Source: Macrostomum lignano
Lineage: Eukaryota
Reading direction: 5' to 3'
DNA length: 64,000 nt
Assembly: GCA_002269645.1 (NCBI GenBank)
Contig: NIVC01000001.1
Location: 2,480,001-2,544,000 of the forward strand
This document shows positions 1-10,287 of the stretch, piece after piece; positions within the stretch are counted from its first letter, which is position 1, and every line of letters starts with the position of its first letter. The translations under genes and the position numbers were made by a program. The notes under the pieces were generated by a model that ran no database searches, was not told the origin of the DNA, and saw only the letters and a list, made by a program, of their open reading frames with translations.

Positions 1-2
1 TG

Positions 3-286
3 CCCTATAGTCCCAACCTAGCTCCCTGGGACTTTTTTGTTTTCACAAATCAAGTGCAGGATGTGTAGAATCCACTATGGATCACCAGAAGCTGCAGTGG
101 AGGCCTTCATCCAGCATATAAAGGAGGTGCCTGCTTCAGCTTAGTCTAGCTGCTTTAGCAAGTGGTTTGAGCACATGAAAATTTGCATCGAATCTGCTGG
201 AGAGTACTTTGAAAAGATGTAACTGTTTTTTTTCTCTAACTATTTTTGTCTGGGCATATCCAAAAACTTATTGCTTAGTCCTCATA
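3..286 (+). mobile_element. Degenerate mariner (Tc1/mariner) transposon 3' end: transposase C-terminus plus probable right TIR
   Basis: 3-44 reads PYSPNLAPWDFFVF (mariner YSPDLAP motif). After a frameshift it reads SPEAAVEAFIQHIKEVPASA*SSCFSKWFEHMKICIESAGEYFEKM* ending at 222. A TIR-like AAAAACTTATTGCTTAGTCCTCA ends at 284 and is followed by TA. Confidence 0.8.
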
Positions 287-1682
287 TCAATAACAGATTT
301 TTAATTTTTTAGTCTTGGCATATAAATGAGATCTTATAATTTTTTCTGGCATTAGACCTGGCATATACTAATGCATAATCCAAACTATAATAGGCCTATG
401 GTAGGCCCTAACCAACTAATAAGCTTGACATAGAACTCCTAGACACTCTTGAAGAATCCAATTGATTTGATGGATAATAGGTTATTGATAGGTCTAGTCT
501 CCCAAGTGGTATTACCATCACCTTGCCAATGACCAAGAGACTGTTTTATAATTAGGAACCAGGCTCCTTGGCTTTATTAGCTAGGTTTATAAGATAGGCT
601 CTTATGCACTATATTTTCATATAGACAAAGCTAATAGGCTAATGTGTGTATTACTATGATACTAGGCCTATCTACAAATATGACTAGGACCTATTGCTAA
701 GTATTGGCTAAGGCCTAAAATAGGAGATGCTGCTAGGCCCCCCTAGTTTTGATAAAAATTAAATGCAATACTACAATAGAGTGAATAGACCTAAGCCCTA
801 AATCATTTTGGAATTTTTATTGGTCTAGGCCTATGGCTATATTATAGGCTTTATTACAATTAAAATGCTAATTAATAATGGCATAATTTTATAAATAAAA
901 TTAATAAAATTGCTTTGTATAGGGCCTAGTTTTGCATGGCTAGGGCCAACATCAAATGCATTATTTTAATTAAAAGAGACTTTAATTTTTAAATGATAGG
1001 TAGGGCCTATATCATCAGATCAGCTTATGCCTAACAAAATAAATGTAGGTCAAAATAAAAAAAGTTAGGTGCAGGTAGTAGTTCTAGTTGTAGTAGGCCT
1101 ACAGTAGTTGTATGATTGACTCAGGCAAAACAGTTTGGCCAATACAAGTCTGTCTACTTAGGACTTTAGGTTAGGCCTATTTTTAATAGTTTTTTACTTT
1201 TTAATAAAGTAAATATATGCTAAAATTAGTTAATTAGACGGATGTGTTGTTTAAACTTTGTTAAAAGTACTGAAATATACTAAGTACTGTAAGTAACTGT
1301 AAATTGTTGACGAATTAAATGAGAATGGAGCTGTGCCATCATTAGGCAGGCTAAACTATGTACAAAGTAAGCAGGCGACACAAACAAAAATACGAAAACA
1401 GCTGATTTTTGTATTTCCTATCATTGTTTTTCATTACTCCTAAAGAGAGTAATTTAAGGTCGAAAAGAAATATTTTTACCACTTTCTCTGGGAAGCAAAA
1501 TATATTCAATTGCTATTATTGTTTTGTTTTGTTTAAGCCCTTGAAACTTGTGAAGTCGAATCCTAGTTTGCGACCCGATTGCTCCGAGATCCTATTTAAG
1601 ATCATGTATGTAATGTATTATATGCATATCTTTATTAACATAAGTGAAAGGCTATAAATACGTATTTCTTGTGCTGCATATT

Positions 1683-2291
1683 CGTACCTACCACCTGAAC
1701 AAGAACGGGCTTTGGTCACATCGCGGCAGAATGGCACAGTTCCTGGTCTCTTCGCCAAGGCAACGAGGAGGAGGAGATACTCCAAACGATCACTGACTGC
1801 TTGTCATCTGCAGCTAGGATTCCAAGGCATTCGACTCGGTCCGTCAGATCTGTGTTTTCCCTATGGTGTGTATAACGCGCCATGCAGAAAGCTATAGTAC
1901 ATGTATAGGCAGCATGGTTAATTTCCGCCATTTGGCGACGTACCGCGACACGAAGGCTTTTTTCGAGACATCCTCTGAGCTGCACGGTTCCTGTTTGATC
2001 TGGTGCTTGGTTTGGGAGCTGCGGACTGTTCTTCGCACTTTCTGCTGCGGTGACGCGTGGGTCGCCAACCGGAGAGAGAAGTCGACTTCTCTGTGAGCTT
2101 AGCTACTCCAATGATCTCACCCTGCTCTCCTCGACCGTTGAGGACGCCCAGCGATAGTTGGACAAACTGTAGTTGTTGTTGCAGTGGTTGTGGTCAATAG
2201 AGAAGACATGTATTATGCAGTGTGCTCGTGTGCTTGACGCCATATATCGTCGTGCCGTGCGCGTGACATTCATGATTATCAGCAGTTCATC
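1683..2291 (+). mobile_element. Highly degenerate RTE-type LINE RT fragment (paralogue of 7640-8290)
   Basis: Colinear similarity by eye to the second copy. Examples: GGCATTCGACTCGGTCCGTCAGATCTGTG vs GGCATTCAGACTCGGTCGTCAGGTCTGTG; GACGCGTGGGTCGCCAACCGGAGAG vs GACGCGTGGGTCGACGTCAACCGGAGAG; TCAGCAGTTCATCT vs TCAGCAGTTCGTCT. Confidence 0.75.
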
Positions 2292-2499
2292 TGGCCCTTG
2301 TCGAATGAGGTTCTTGAGTGTTTCCAGGAGGCTGTTGGTAGTGGTGCAGTCGGTTTGGATGGCTCGGATGGCGGCCTGGCTGTCAGTCAGGATGGTGGCT
2401 TCTGGCGGTTCCTCCGCTAAGATGTCGCCCAGACAAAGGGCGTGGAGCTCAGCTTCAAAGAAGCTGCACCATCTGCCGGCCGCAGCACGCCCCGTACGG

Positions 2500-3454
2500 A
2501 GGGTGCTGCAGTCCCAGCCCCACTCTCTGTGGGCCAGGGCGCGGAGGATGCTGCATCGGCGGTGCATCTTCGAAACAACTTCGGCCGTCTGACGCTTGAA
2601 GGTAAGGCCATCGTCTATCCAGACGCCAAGGTAGCGGACTTCTCTCTTGGTGGGGAGTCGGGTGCCGGTAATTGACAGGTTCAGGGGGCGATTTCGTTCA
2701 CTTCGGTCGCGCGAATACAGGCAGCATTCAGACTTAGAGGGGTTGAGATCGATTCTCAAGTCAGCAGCCCAGTCTTCAATGCGGTTGAGAGCGGACTGAA
2801 TGCGAGATACCAGGTCGTTTATAGTGCATCGACCGGTAGTCCAAATTTCGAGGTCATCGGCGAATCCCCCGTAGCAAACCTGGGGGACCAGTTTGTCCCG
2901 CCAGTCGTTGATGTACAGGAGAAACAAGAAAGGAGAGCTGACGGCCCCCTGGGGCACCCCCTCGCGGAGGGGCCGCCACTTGCCGACCGCCTTGCCAACG
3001 CGCACTGCGATTTGACGCCCTTCAAGGAAGCTGGCGAACCAACGAATAATACGGCCGAGCAGACCCTCGTCCATAAGACGAGCCAGGAGCAATTGGCCCG
3101 CCAGACTCGGTCAAACGATCTGGAGCAATCGAGCGTGACGGCCAGCGTCTTGAGGTGGGGCTTTCTTCCCCATCCGTCCTGGATTTCTTGCACAAGACGG
3201 GCTATTTGTTCCTCACAGCTCCGGCCGCGTTAAAATCCCGCTTGCCAGGGCTGCAGAGTTCCGTTGGTCTCAAGCCAGTGCATCAGCCGGTCAAGCACCA
3301 TACGCTCCATGAGTTTAACACAGATGGACGTAAGGCTGACGGGGCGGAAACTGGAGCAATCTTTGAAGTCTTTCCCATCTTTCAAAGCAGGCACGATGAT
3401 GGCCTTCTTCCAGACTCTTGGACAGTGGCCGAGGCTCCAATAGCGATTTAACAA
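2500..3454 (-). pseudogene. Reverse transcriptase domain of the Ingi-like LINE (three frames)
   Basis: ORFs 3230-3454, 2819-3193 and 2103-3092 together give IIVPALK..FRPVSLTSICVKLMERMV..QAGF..LDCSRSFDRVW..GVPQGAVSSPFLF..FADD..YLGVW. Confidence 0.9.
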
Positions 3455-4237
3455 CTTGAGCCAGGCCAGTTACCAGGATGTCGGCAGGTTCTTGAGAAAG
3501 GCGGCTTCAATATCATCCGGGCCACACTTTTTGGTGACATCCAGCTTGCACAAGGCGCGCTGAAGCTCTCAGGGTGAACTGGCTTTTGTGGTCGGTGTTG
3601 CCCAGGGGGTAATCCTTCAGTCTCTTAGCGGTCTCAACCTTGAAGGCGCGGTCTCGGGCGTCATGTTTGAGAGAGCTGATTGACGCGTAGAAAGGCCCAA
3701 AGGCGTTGGACTTTTCCAGGTCCGTGCGGTGTTCGCGGTTATTAATAACGATGTTTTCATTTTTTGGCCGTCTTCTTATCTTCGGTCTCCAGGGTCTTGA
3801 TCGTTCGCCAAATCTTCTTTGGGTCGGATGAGGATGAGAGGTCCTGAACGTAGGATTTCCAGAACTCCTGTTTCTTTTCAGCGCAGCGCTTGTTGAGTTC
3901 CGCATTCTTGCAGCGCCAGGCCTCGGAGTCGTCCAGACTTCTGAGCCGGTTCCGTTCTTCACGAATGCAAGTAAGGTTTATGGCTTCCGCCGACTTTCTT
4001 GAGCGAGATACTGTCGCTGACAGCCTTAGACGTTCTTTTGCAAAGACGGTCAACTTGTTCTTTGATGGTACCCTTGTTGAGGTCATCGCACCATTCCTCG
4101 AGCCTGTCCTGGTAGCCGGTCCAGTCGGCTTTCTTCCAGGCCTAGGTAAGGCGGGAGTGCTGATCCAGGGTTTGACAATCAGTGTTGAGCGTGATCAGGA
4201 TAGGTTTATGGTAAGACCCCAGCTCGTTAAGAGTCTT

Positions 4238-4817
4238 TCAGGTGCAGTGGTCAGCCACACTAGCACTGGCGAGGCTGAGGTCGGGCACGCTCTCACCTCT
4301 TGTGCGACGATCGAGGCACGTGGGAGCACCGGAGTTCATGACGTTGTAGCCGTAGGCGTCGCACCACTGTAGGAGCGAGCAGGCCTGAGCCGCTCCCTCG
4401 GGTCCCTGGTCCGGCAGGCTGCCCCAGTTGACGTGATGCAGATTGAGGTCGCCCAGGATGAGCTCACGTTTATGCGGCTTGAGCCAGGCCTCGACAGGGG
4501 GGTGCTCCCGGTGGTCGACACTCGCAGAGCGACGAATGGGGGGCGGTAGATGTTGGAGATCACCAGCCTGAGCTTGCTCGAGCAGCTGATGACTACCCTG
4601 CAACCTTCCACGGTATTTCCGCTCCAGCCTCTGATCTTGCGGAACGGGATGTCATGACGGATGAAGAGGAGCAGCCCTCCCCCTTTGTTGGTCTCACTCG
4701 AGCGGAGGCATCGCCGATCTTTGCGGACGGTGGAGAAGCCTGGGATCTTAGCAGTGCGAGCGAGAGAATCAGCGTGGACTCCTGAATGGCGACCACGCTG
4801 ATGTTCAGCCGCCGCAC
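4238..4817 (-). pseudogene. Apurinic-like endonuclease (APE) domain of the Ingi-like LINE
   Basis: NISVVAIQESTL, LVISNIYRPP, LILGDLNLHHVNWGS and YNVMNSGAPT..PDLSLAS are spread over three frames. Confidence 0.85.
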
Positions 4818-4864
4818 CTGATCTTCAAGCTCTCCCAGTTATTGCGTATGCTGTCGGCGTTCCA

Positions 4865-5614
4865 TTAGAGCAAGCGGATGAGCGTGTTTCCACGGTTCCA
4901 TCCTTTTTTGCGCTCCCGTTGTGGCTCGTCCGATGTTGGGTCCGGCTCAGTTGGGGAGCCCGGGGCCATGGCGTGGCGAAGAGCCTCCGAGCAGCCGGGG
5001 CAACGCCATTGGCCTCGACGGACTTCACCGTTGTTCTGATCTCTGGTGGCCATGGTGCAGGCATTGTGAAAAAGGGCCTCACACGTGTTGCAGCAGGCAA
5101 TCACCGTGGAGACCCGGACAGCCTTCTTGCACCGCCCGCAGAGAGGTTTTTCTTCCTCGAGACGATTAAGCAGGTGTAGGCGTCTCTCGTCAGGGTCGAT
5201 CGGCGGAGAGCAGAGACTGACCCCGCCATGCGTCGTGGGTTCATCTCGAGATTGTGGGCTCTGGAGTTCAGTCTCATCAGATTGATCTTGGCTGCTATTT
5301 TCATGTTGGCAGCCGGGGCACGACCAGGGTTCACCACAGGCAGTTTTGTTGGCAGCCCAGTGGGTCAGGCCCGAGCAGGCACGTTGGAGATGATACCCAT
5401 GGTTACAGCTGCGGCATTCGAGGAACCTGCCGCGGAGAGTCCTTCCGCAGTGGTGATGGTTGAAGGTTCGGTGAGGTCCAGGATTTGTTTCGACATCTCC
5501 GGCCCTACACAGCAGCATCTTGGGAAGGTAGTGGGCCACCTCGCTACCCTCCCCCCTCGGAGAAAACGTCGCAGGGTTGCCGCTGACTGTTGGTATAACT
5601 AGTCGATGGGACAC
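4865..5614 (-). pseudogene. N-terminal segment of the LINE ORF: 2A peptide followed by two PHD-like zinc fingers
   Basis: LLCRAGDVETNPGP, then CGRT..CRSC..H..C..WSCPGC, then CGRC..CCNTC..FHNAC..WRCPGC (C4HC3). Confidence 0.8.
5474..5518 (-). other. 2A-like ribosomal skipping (StopGo) peptide
   Basis: Translates MLLCRAGDVETNPGP, matching the D(V/I)ExNPG/P consensus. Confidence 0.85.
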
Positions 5615-5629
5615 TGGGTGTCCGAATTT

Positions 5630-5794
5630 CCGGCGCTCTTCGACACCTGTTGGATTGGGTGCCTCCCCTCTGCGACGTAGACGCGGCGCCGGGTAGGAGC
5701 TAGAGCCTCGGCTCCAGGCCGTCCGTAAAGGCCGACGGGCGCTGTGGTTGTTGCTGTTGCTGTTGTTGGATGCGGTGAGCCTACCCTAGAAAGG
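5630..5794 (-). ncRNA. HDV/CPEB3-like self-cleaving ribozyme in the LINE 5' region
   Basis: P2 CCGGCGCC (5692-5685) pairs with GAGCGCCGG (5638-5630). P3 GCG/CGC, L3 UCUACGU, P1' AGAGGGG, P1.1 AG pairing with L3 CU, P4 GCACC/GGUGU, J4/2 CGAA with catalytic-position C at 5642. Candidate P1 strand CCUUUCU at 5794-5788. Confidence 0.72.
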
Positions 5795-5899
5795 ACACCA
5801 GCCGATGGCCCTAGGAGAAGCGCCACCACGTCGGCGCGAGCGAGATCCCTTAATCTGTAAATGCCGTAAATGCTGAGATTTAAGGGCCGGACAGTTCGA

Positions 5900-6265
5900 A
5901 GATGTTGTTTTTGTTGCTGTTATTGTCGTTGTTGTTGTTGCCGATGTTGTTGTTGTTGTTGTTGTTATTATTTTTGTTGATGTTGTGTGTGTGTAACGCT
6001 CCACAAGCTGCTGCTGCCTCTCTCTCCTCCTCTTCCTAGTTGTAGGCCATCTCCAAAATTCCAACGCCTTCCCGGCCCTGCTGTTCAGATGTCTAAACTT
6101 TCTAATGTCCATCTCCATCTTCTTCCGCGTAGCCTGGCAGTTCATTAGGTGCTCGACAGTCTCCTCCTCCTCCTTGCACTCGCTACAGCTGCTCTCCACA
6201 GTTCTACCTATTATTGCTGCTGCTGTTGTTGTCGTTGTTGTTGTTGCTGTTGCTGTTGTCGTTGC
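5900..6265 (-). mobile_element. Isolated LINE 3' end (C-terminal CCHC knuckle) flanked by (CAA)n-type tracts
   Basis: CSECKEEEETVEHLMNC (CX2CX8HX3C)...ALEFW at about 6050-6190. (TTG)n-rich tracts on plus at about 5903-5990 and 6215-6265. Confidence 0.65.
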
Positions 6266-7054
6266 TTTGTACATGCACACATACATGTACCAGCTCTGTT
6301 GATACCATATATCTATGTACGTACATTTTAAAGTGTAGCTTTATGTAGTTACAGCTGTGGCTTGCACTGGTCTCACCACGAGATGTGCCACGTATATTCG
6401 ATAATGTACTTCAGATTGTGCATATTAGAATATTCAGGGTAAGGAGCGAGTAGTTAGGAGTTGAGTGCTGTCTTGTTGTTGTTGTCGAATCCCGCGATTC
6501 GACAAGCGAGGGAAGAGCTGGAGAGACTCCGTTTGAGCAGGTGACCAACCCGCGAGGCATAGGAGACCTTGGCGGCTGTCTATCTACTGAACTATTTTAA
6601 ATATAGTGTTGTGTGGTCTCTCACTACTTTGGCTCTATGTCTACTTCGGATCAATTTGAGAGCCAAATAACTGAGGCGGCGGTTTCTGGTTGTTTGAGTG
6701 AACCGAAGGTTCAGTCTATTAAGAAGAGAGGGTTGTTTAACAATTCAAGGTTCAGTGCGTCATAGTTCTGGTATTTTGGGTGAGACTCTAGCTGTTTCAA
6801 TCAAAAGTAATTCTTAGATAGCTAACAAATAGCTAATGGCAAAAAGAGGGCAAAAGAAAGGCGAGATTCTTGCTTTGTTAACATCGGATTTTATAGTAAT
6901 TTTCAGTCTTGATCGCATTGGGTGGTACATAACTACTTTTCATTGGCTGAGATTGAGGTCGTGTCCGCAGCCTTTGCTAGTTGAAGCGCGTTCATTGGTT
7001 GGAAATACATTCAAACTGGATTGAAGCTTTCAGGGCCAAAATTTATCACTTCAC

Positions 7055-8862
7055 TACAGCGCCAGCAGGATGCTGTTGATGACGCCATTCGGGCCGTCTC
7101 TGCCGCTGGGCCCGATGCCAGAGGCCGCGTGGCCTGGTCGGCTATCAATGCTCTGACGGGGCGAAAGCGGCGCATTCCGCTAAACCTGGCAGGCGAGTCT
7201 GCGGACGAGCGCAGGAACGAGTTGCGTGAGTTCTTCGCCGCCATTGTCAACGCGCCGCCACCCCCGCTGCCAGACAGTCTGACGCTGCCGCCGGAGATGC
7301 CGTTGCCGGCAGAGGAGAGCTTCAGCCTAGCAGCCTAGCTCACAGCCGACGTTGTGAGGCTCGCCCAACAGTCACCGGGCGGGAAAGCGCTGGGTTCGGA
7401 CGAGGTGCCCATCGAGGCGCTGCGCATCCATTGTGTGGCCAGTAAGGTCACCAGAGTGATAAATCGCGTGCTCTTCAGTGAGGAGGCATCCAACGAATAA
7501 ACCACGGCGCACATCGTCCCAGTTCCTAAGAAGCCGGGCACCACAGGGCTTGAGGAGCATCGAGGTATCTGCCTTAAGTCCTGCGCTGCGAAGTTGTTCA
7601 ACCAAATGCTGCTATCGCGGTTGCAGCCCGTGTTGGATCCGTACCTGCGCCATGAGCAGAACGGCTTCCGGCCCCATCGCGGCACAGTGACGCAGATCCT
7701 AGCTCTTCGGCGAGTCGATCCTGGTTGTTATCTTCATAGATTTCAAGAAGGCATTCAGACTCGGTCGTCAGGTCTGTGCTCCCAAAGGTGCTACGAGTAC
7801 AACGTGCCAGAGCAGCTGATTTCCGCCATCATGGCGATTACCGTGATACGAAAGCTGCTGTTTCGTAGCTGCTGAAACGAACACCGGACGGCCGATCAGA
7901 CTTCTTTGAGACATCCTCCGGGGTGCTTTAGGGAGAAACGCTTGCGCCGTTCGTGTTCGTTCTGGTGCTTGACGGGGTGCTGCGGACCGTTCTTCCTACC
8001 AACGACGACGGCTTTCTGTTGCGGCGACGCGTGGGTCGACGTCAACCGGAGAGGCGGCTCAGCGTGCTTGGCTACGCCGACGACCTCGCCCTGCTGTCCC
8101 CAACTGTCGAGGGCGCCTAACGACAACTGGACAAGCTAGTTGCTGTTGCGGCGAGTGTCGGCGAGTGTCGGTTAACACGCAGAAGACCGTCGTGCTCTGC
8201 GTGCCGAACGACATCGAGGCAGCGATTTTGTGCCGAGGCGCTGATGGACAGGCGACCGAGCTCCCGCGATGTCAGCAGTTCGTCTACCTCGGCGGTCTGG
8301 TTCCCGGCGTCCGCGAGGATTTGCGGCGTCGCCGCGGGCTTGCCTGGGCTGCCTTTCGTTGTGTGAGGGCAGTCCTGCAGTCCGAGGCCTTACCCGACCG
8401 CCAGAGGGCGGCGTTGTTCCAGGCGGTGATCGAGACCGTCCTGCTGTACAACGCCGAGACCTGGACGCTGACGGAGTCGCTCGAGCAACAAGTTGACGCA
8501 GCGCACGCTGGCCTGCTGTGTGCCGCCTTCAAGATCGGCTACGAGCGAGTGACCAACGCGGCTCTGTATAGCCACGCCGGCCTGGTCCGTCCAAGCGACC
8601 TGCTGCGCTGTCGGCTACTCCAGCTGGCAGACCACATCATCCGCGTCGAGTCGTACTGCCCAGAGCCGGTGCAGGAGGTGCTGCTGCTCACGCTGCAGGC
8701 ACCCTACCGGCGGGGACAGGCGCGCACTCGGCGTTTCGTCGACTGCCTGCTGGCTGACGCCGGCGCCCCGCATTCGGCCGGCGGCGTGGCGATCATCCGC
8801 GACCTGGCCTTGAGGCGCGCCCTGTGACGCTAACCTGCGTATTCTGTTGTTGTTGCTGTCTT
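7055..8862 (+). mobile_element. 5'-truncated, frameshifted RTE-clade LINE
   Basis: HIVPVPKK..EHRGICL..KLFNQML..LRHEQNGFR, GYADDL and the RTE-type C-terminus FVYLGG..DLRRRRGLAWAAF..ETVLLYNAETWTLT. It ends in a short (GTT)n tail at about 8846-8858. Confidence 0.85.
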
Positions 8863-10281
8863 GACAGTATAGCGCCGTCTATCTCTCCATCACGTCTTCG
8901 TTAAGTCTTCAAAAGTTGTGCATGAACTACATATGTGCATTGTACATGCATCAGACCGAATCCCAGAAGCTCCAATAGAAATTTATTTTCAAAACCTTTG
9001 TGACTGCCTACGAGTACTCTGCTGTTCTAGCTGTCATTTCTTGGCCACCGTCTCGTCTGCCGCATAGACTAAGCGGCTTTATTGATCTGCAACTGCTCAT
9101 CTTTGCATGCACCTCCTCGCATGTTTAGTGCCCTTCTCTCTGCCTGTCTCACTCTCCCCTCCTACCTTCTGTCCCATCGCTCAAATCTGTCCCTCTCATT
9201 CTCTTCTCATACTTTTTTCATTTTTTCATTGTTCTCGCTCCCTCGGATTGATACTGACAAAGGCGCTTCTGCGATATTATCTTAAATTTTCCGTAGTGTC
9301 ACGCAGACACAATTGCGATAACTTAATAATTATTTTTTTTATTGTAGATGCACACACAACGGAAAACTTGGCGAACCTCATACGGGTGTACTTTAAACAT
9401 ATAGTGCACAATATTAAACACAAATAATTTAAATTAATAAGCATTATGCAAAATTACAGATTACAAGCGACACACCTTAAACGCTTAAAAACCAAACGAA
9501 AATCAATAATTTTGTTTGAAACAATAGAAATGGGGGAATTGTTCTTTTGTAAAATGAACTACTGATCGTATATGCATGCTCTGCTTGTCACAGACTGACT
9601 TTGTGAAAAACGACACTACAATACAGATAGCTACGCTCGTACTGTAAGCAAAAATGTAACTTGCGATATTTAAAAAATTAAAAAATTGCATTAGAAAATC
9701 TTTATCCTATATAGTACTATAAGCAGTCAGTTTGGTGTAAGGCAGCTCGGGTGACACTATTGTCATTTGATTTTGAAATTGACTTTAAAAAATGACTCAC
9801 ATGTAACAGCACACGCTACTTTAAAGCTAAAATAAAAAGTTTTTAAAGCGATTTGTTATAATTAACTCAACTTTTAACCTGGCTGATTAGTGTTAAAGCT
9901 AAGAAAAGGCAAAAATGATCAGTTGCTACTATGCTAGTAGCTGAAAATGAATATTAAAAATTAAAATAATCTCAGATAATTTTTACTCGACAAATTAACG
10001 ATCAAACGATGCAACAAATTAAATTTAGGGACGTTGCAAACAAAAAGACACCGTATCGAATAAAAGTAATAAATTCTATAAAAACTCTTTTAATATTAGA
10101 TTTCAAGCAATACAGTAGCTACTCAGTTGTGTATAGCTATAACTGTATTTTCCGTGACGTGATAAACAAATGTTTTTCATTATACAGAATGAAAATTATT
10201 TATAAAAAAACTCACATTGGTAGCTGGGATACAGATTTAGAAAAACATTGCAAGCCACCTCGTGGAGTAAATAAGGCAAAA

Positions 10282-10287
10282 TTTATT
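10282..10287 (-). promoter_or_regulatory. Candidate polyadenylation signal (AATAAA) of the PTB gene
   Basis: AATAAA on the minus strand about 550 nt after the stop codon, followed by U-rich sequence. Not unique in this AT-rich region. Confidence 0.3.

Larger units (their letters stand above)
2292..5850 (-). mobile_element. Ingi/I-group non-LTR retrotransposon, frameshifted, internally deleted and 3'-truncated (ribozyme-2A-PHD-APE-RT-RNase H)
   Basis: APE motifs (VVAIQES, NIYRPP, ILGDLNLH, SGAPT..VPDLSLAS) at 4238-4817. RT motifs (FRPVSLTS, QAGF, GVPQG, FADD) at about 2500-3454. RNase H motifs (FEAELHAL, ILTDSQAAI) at about 2300-2480. Several frame changes. Confidence 0.88.

Noticed and set aside
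2103-2291. C-terminal extension of the Ingi RT/RNase H ORF
   Set aside because: It is the antisense strand of the degenerate RTE fragment.
6510-6595. Second HDV-like ribozyme suggested by CCTCGCGG
   Set aside because: No consistent P1/P2/P3 pairing was found on either strand.
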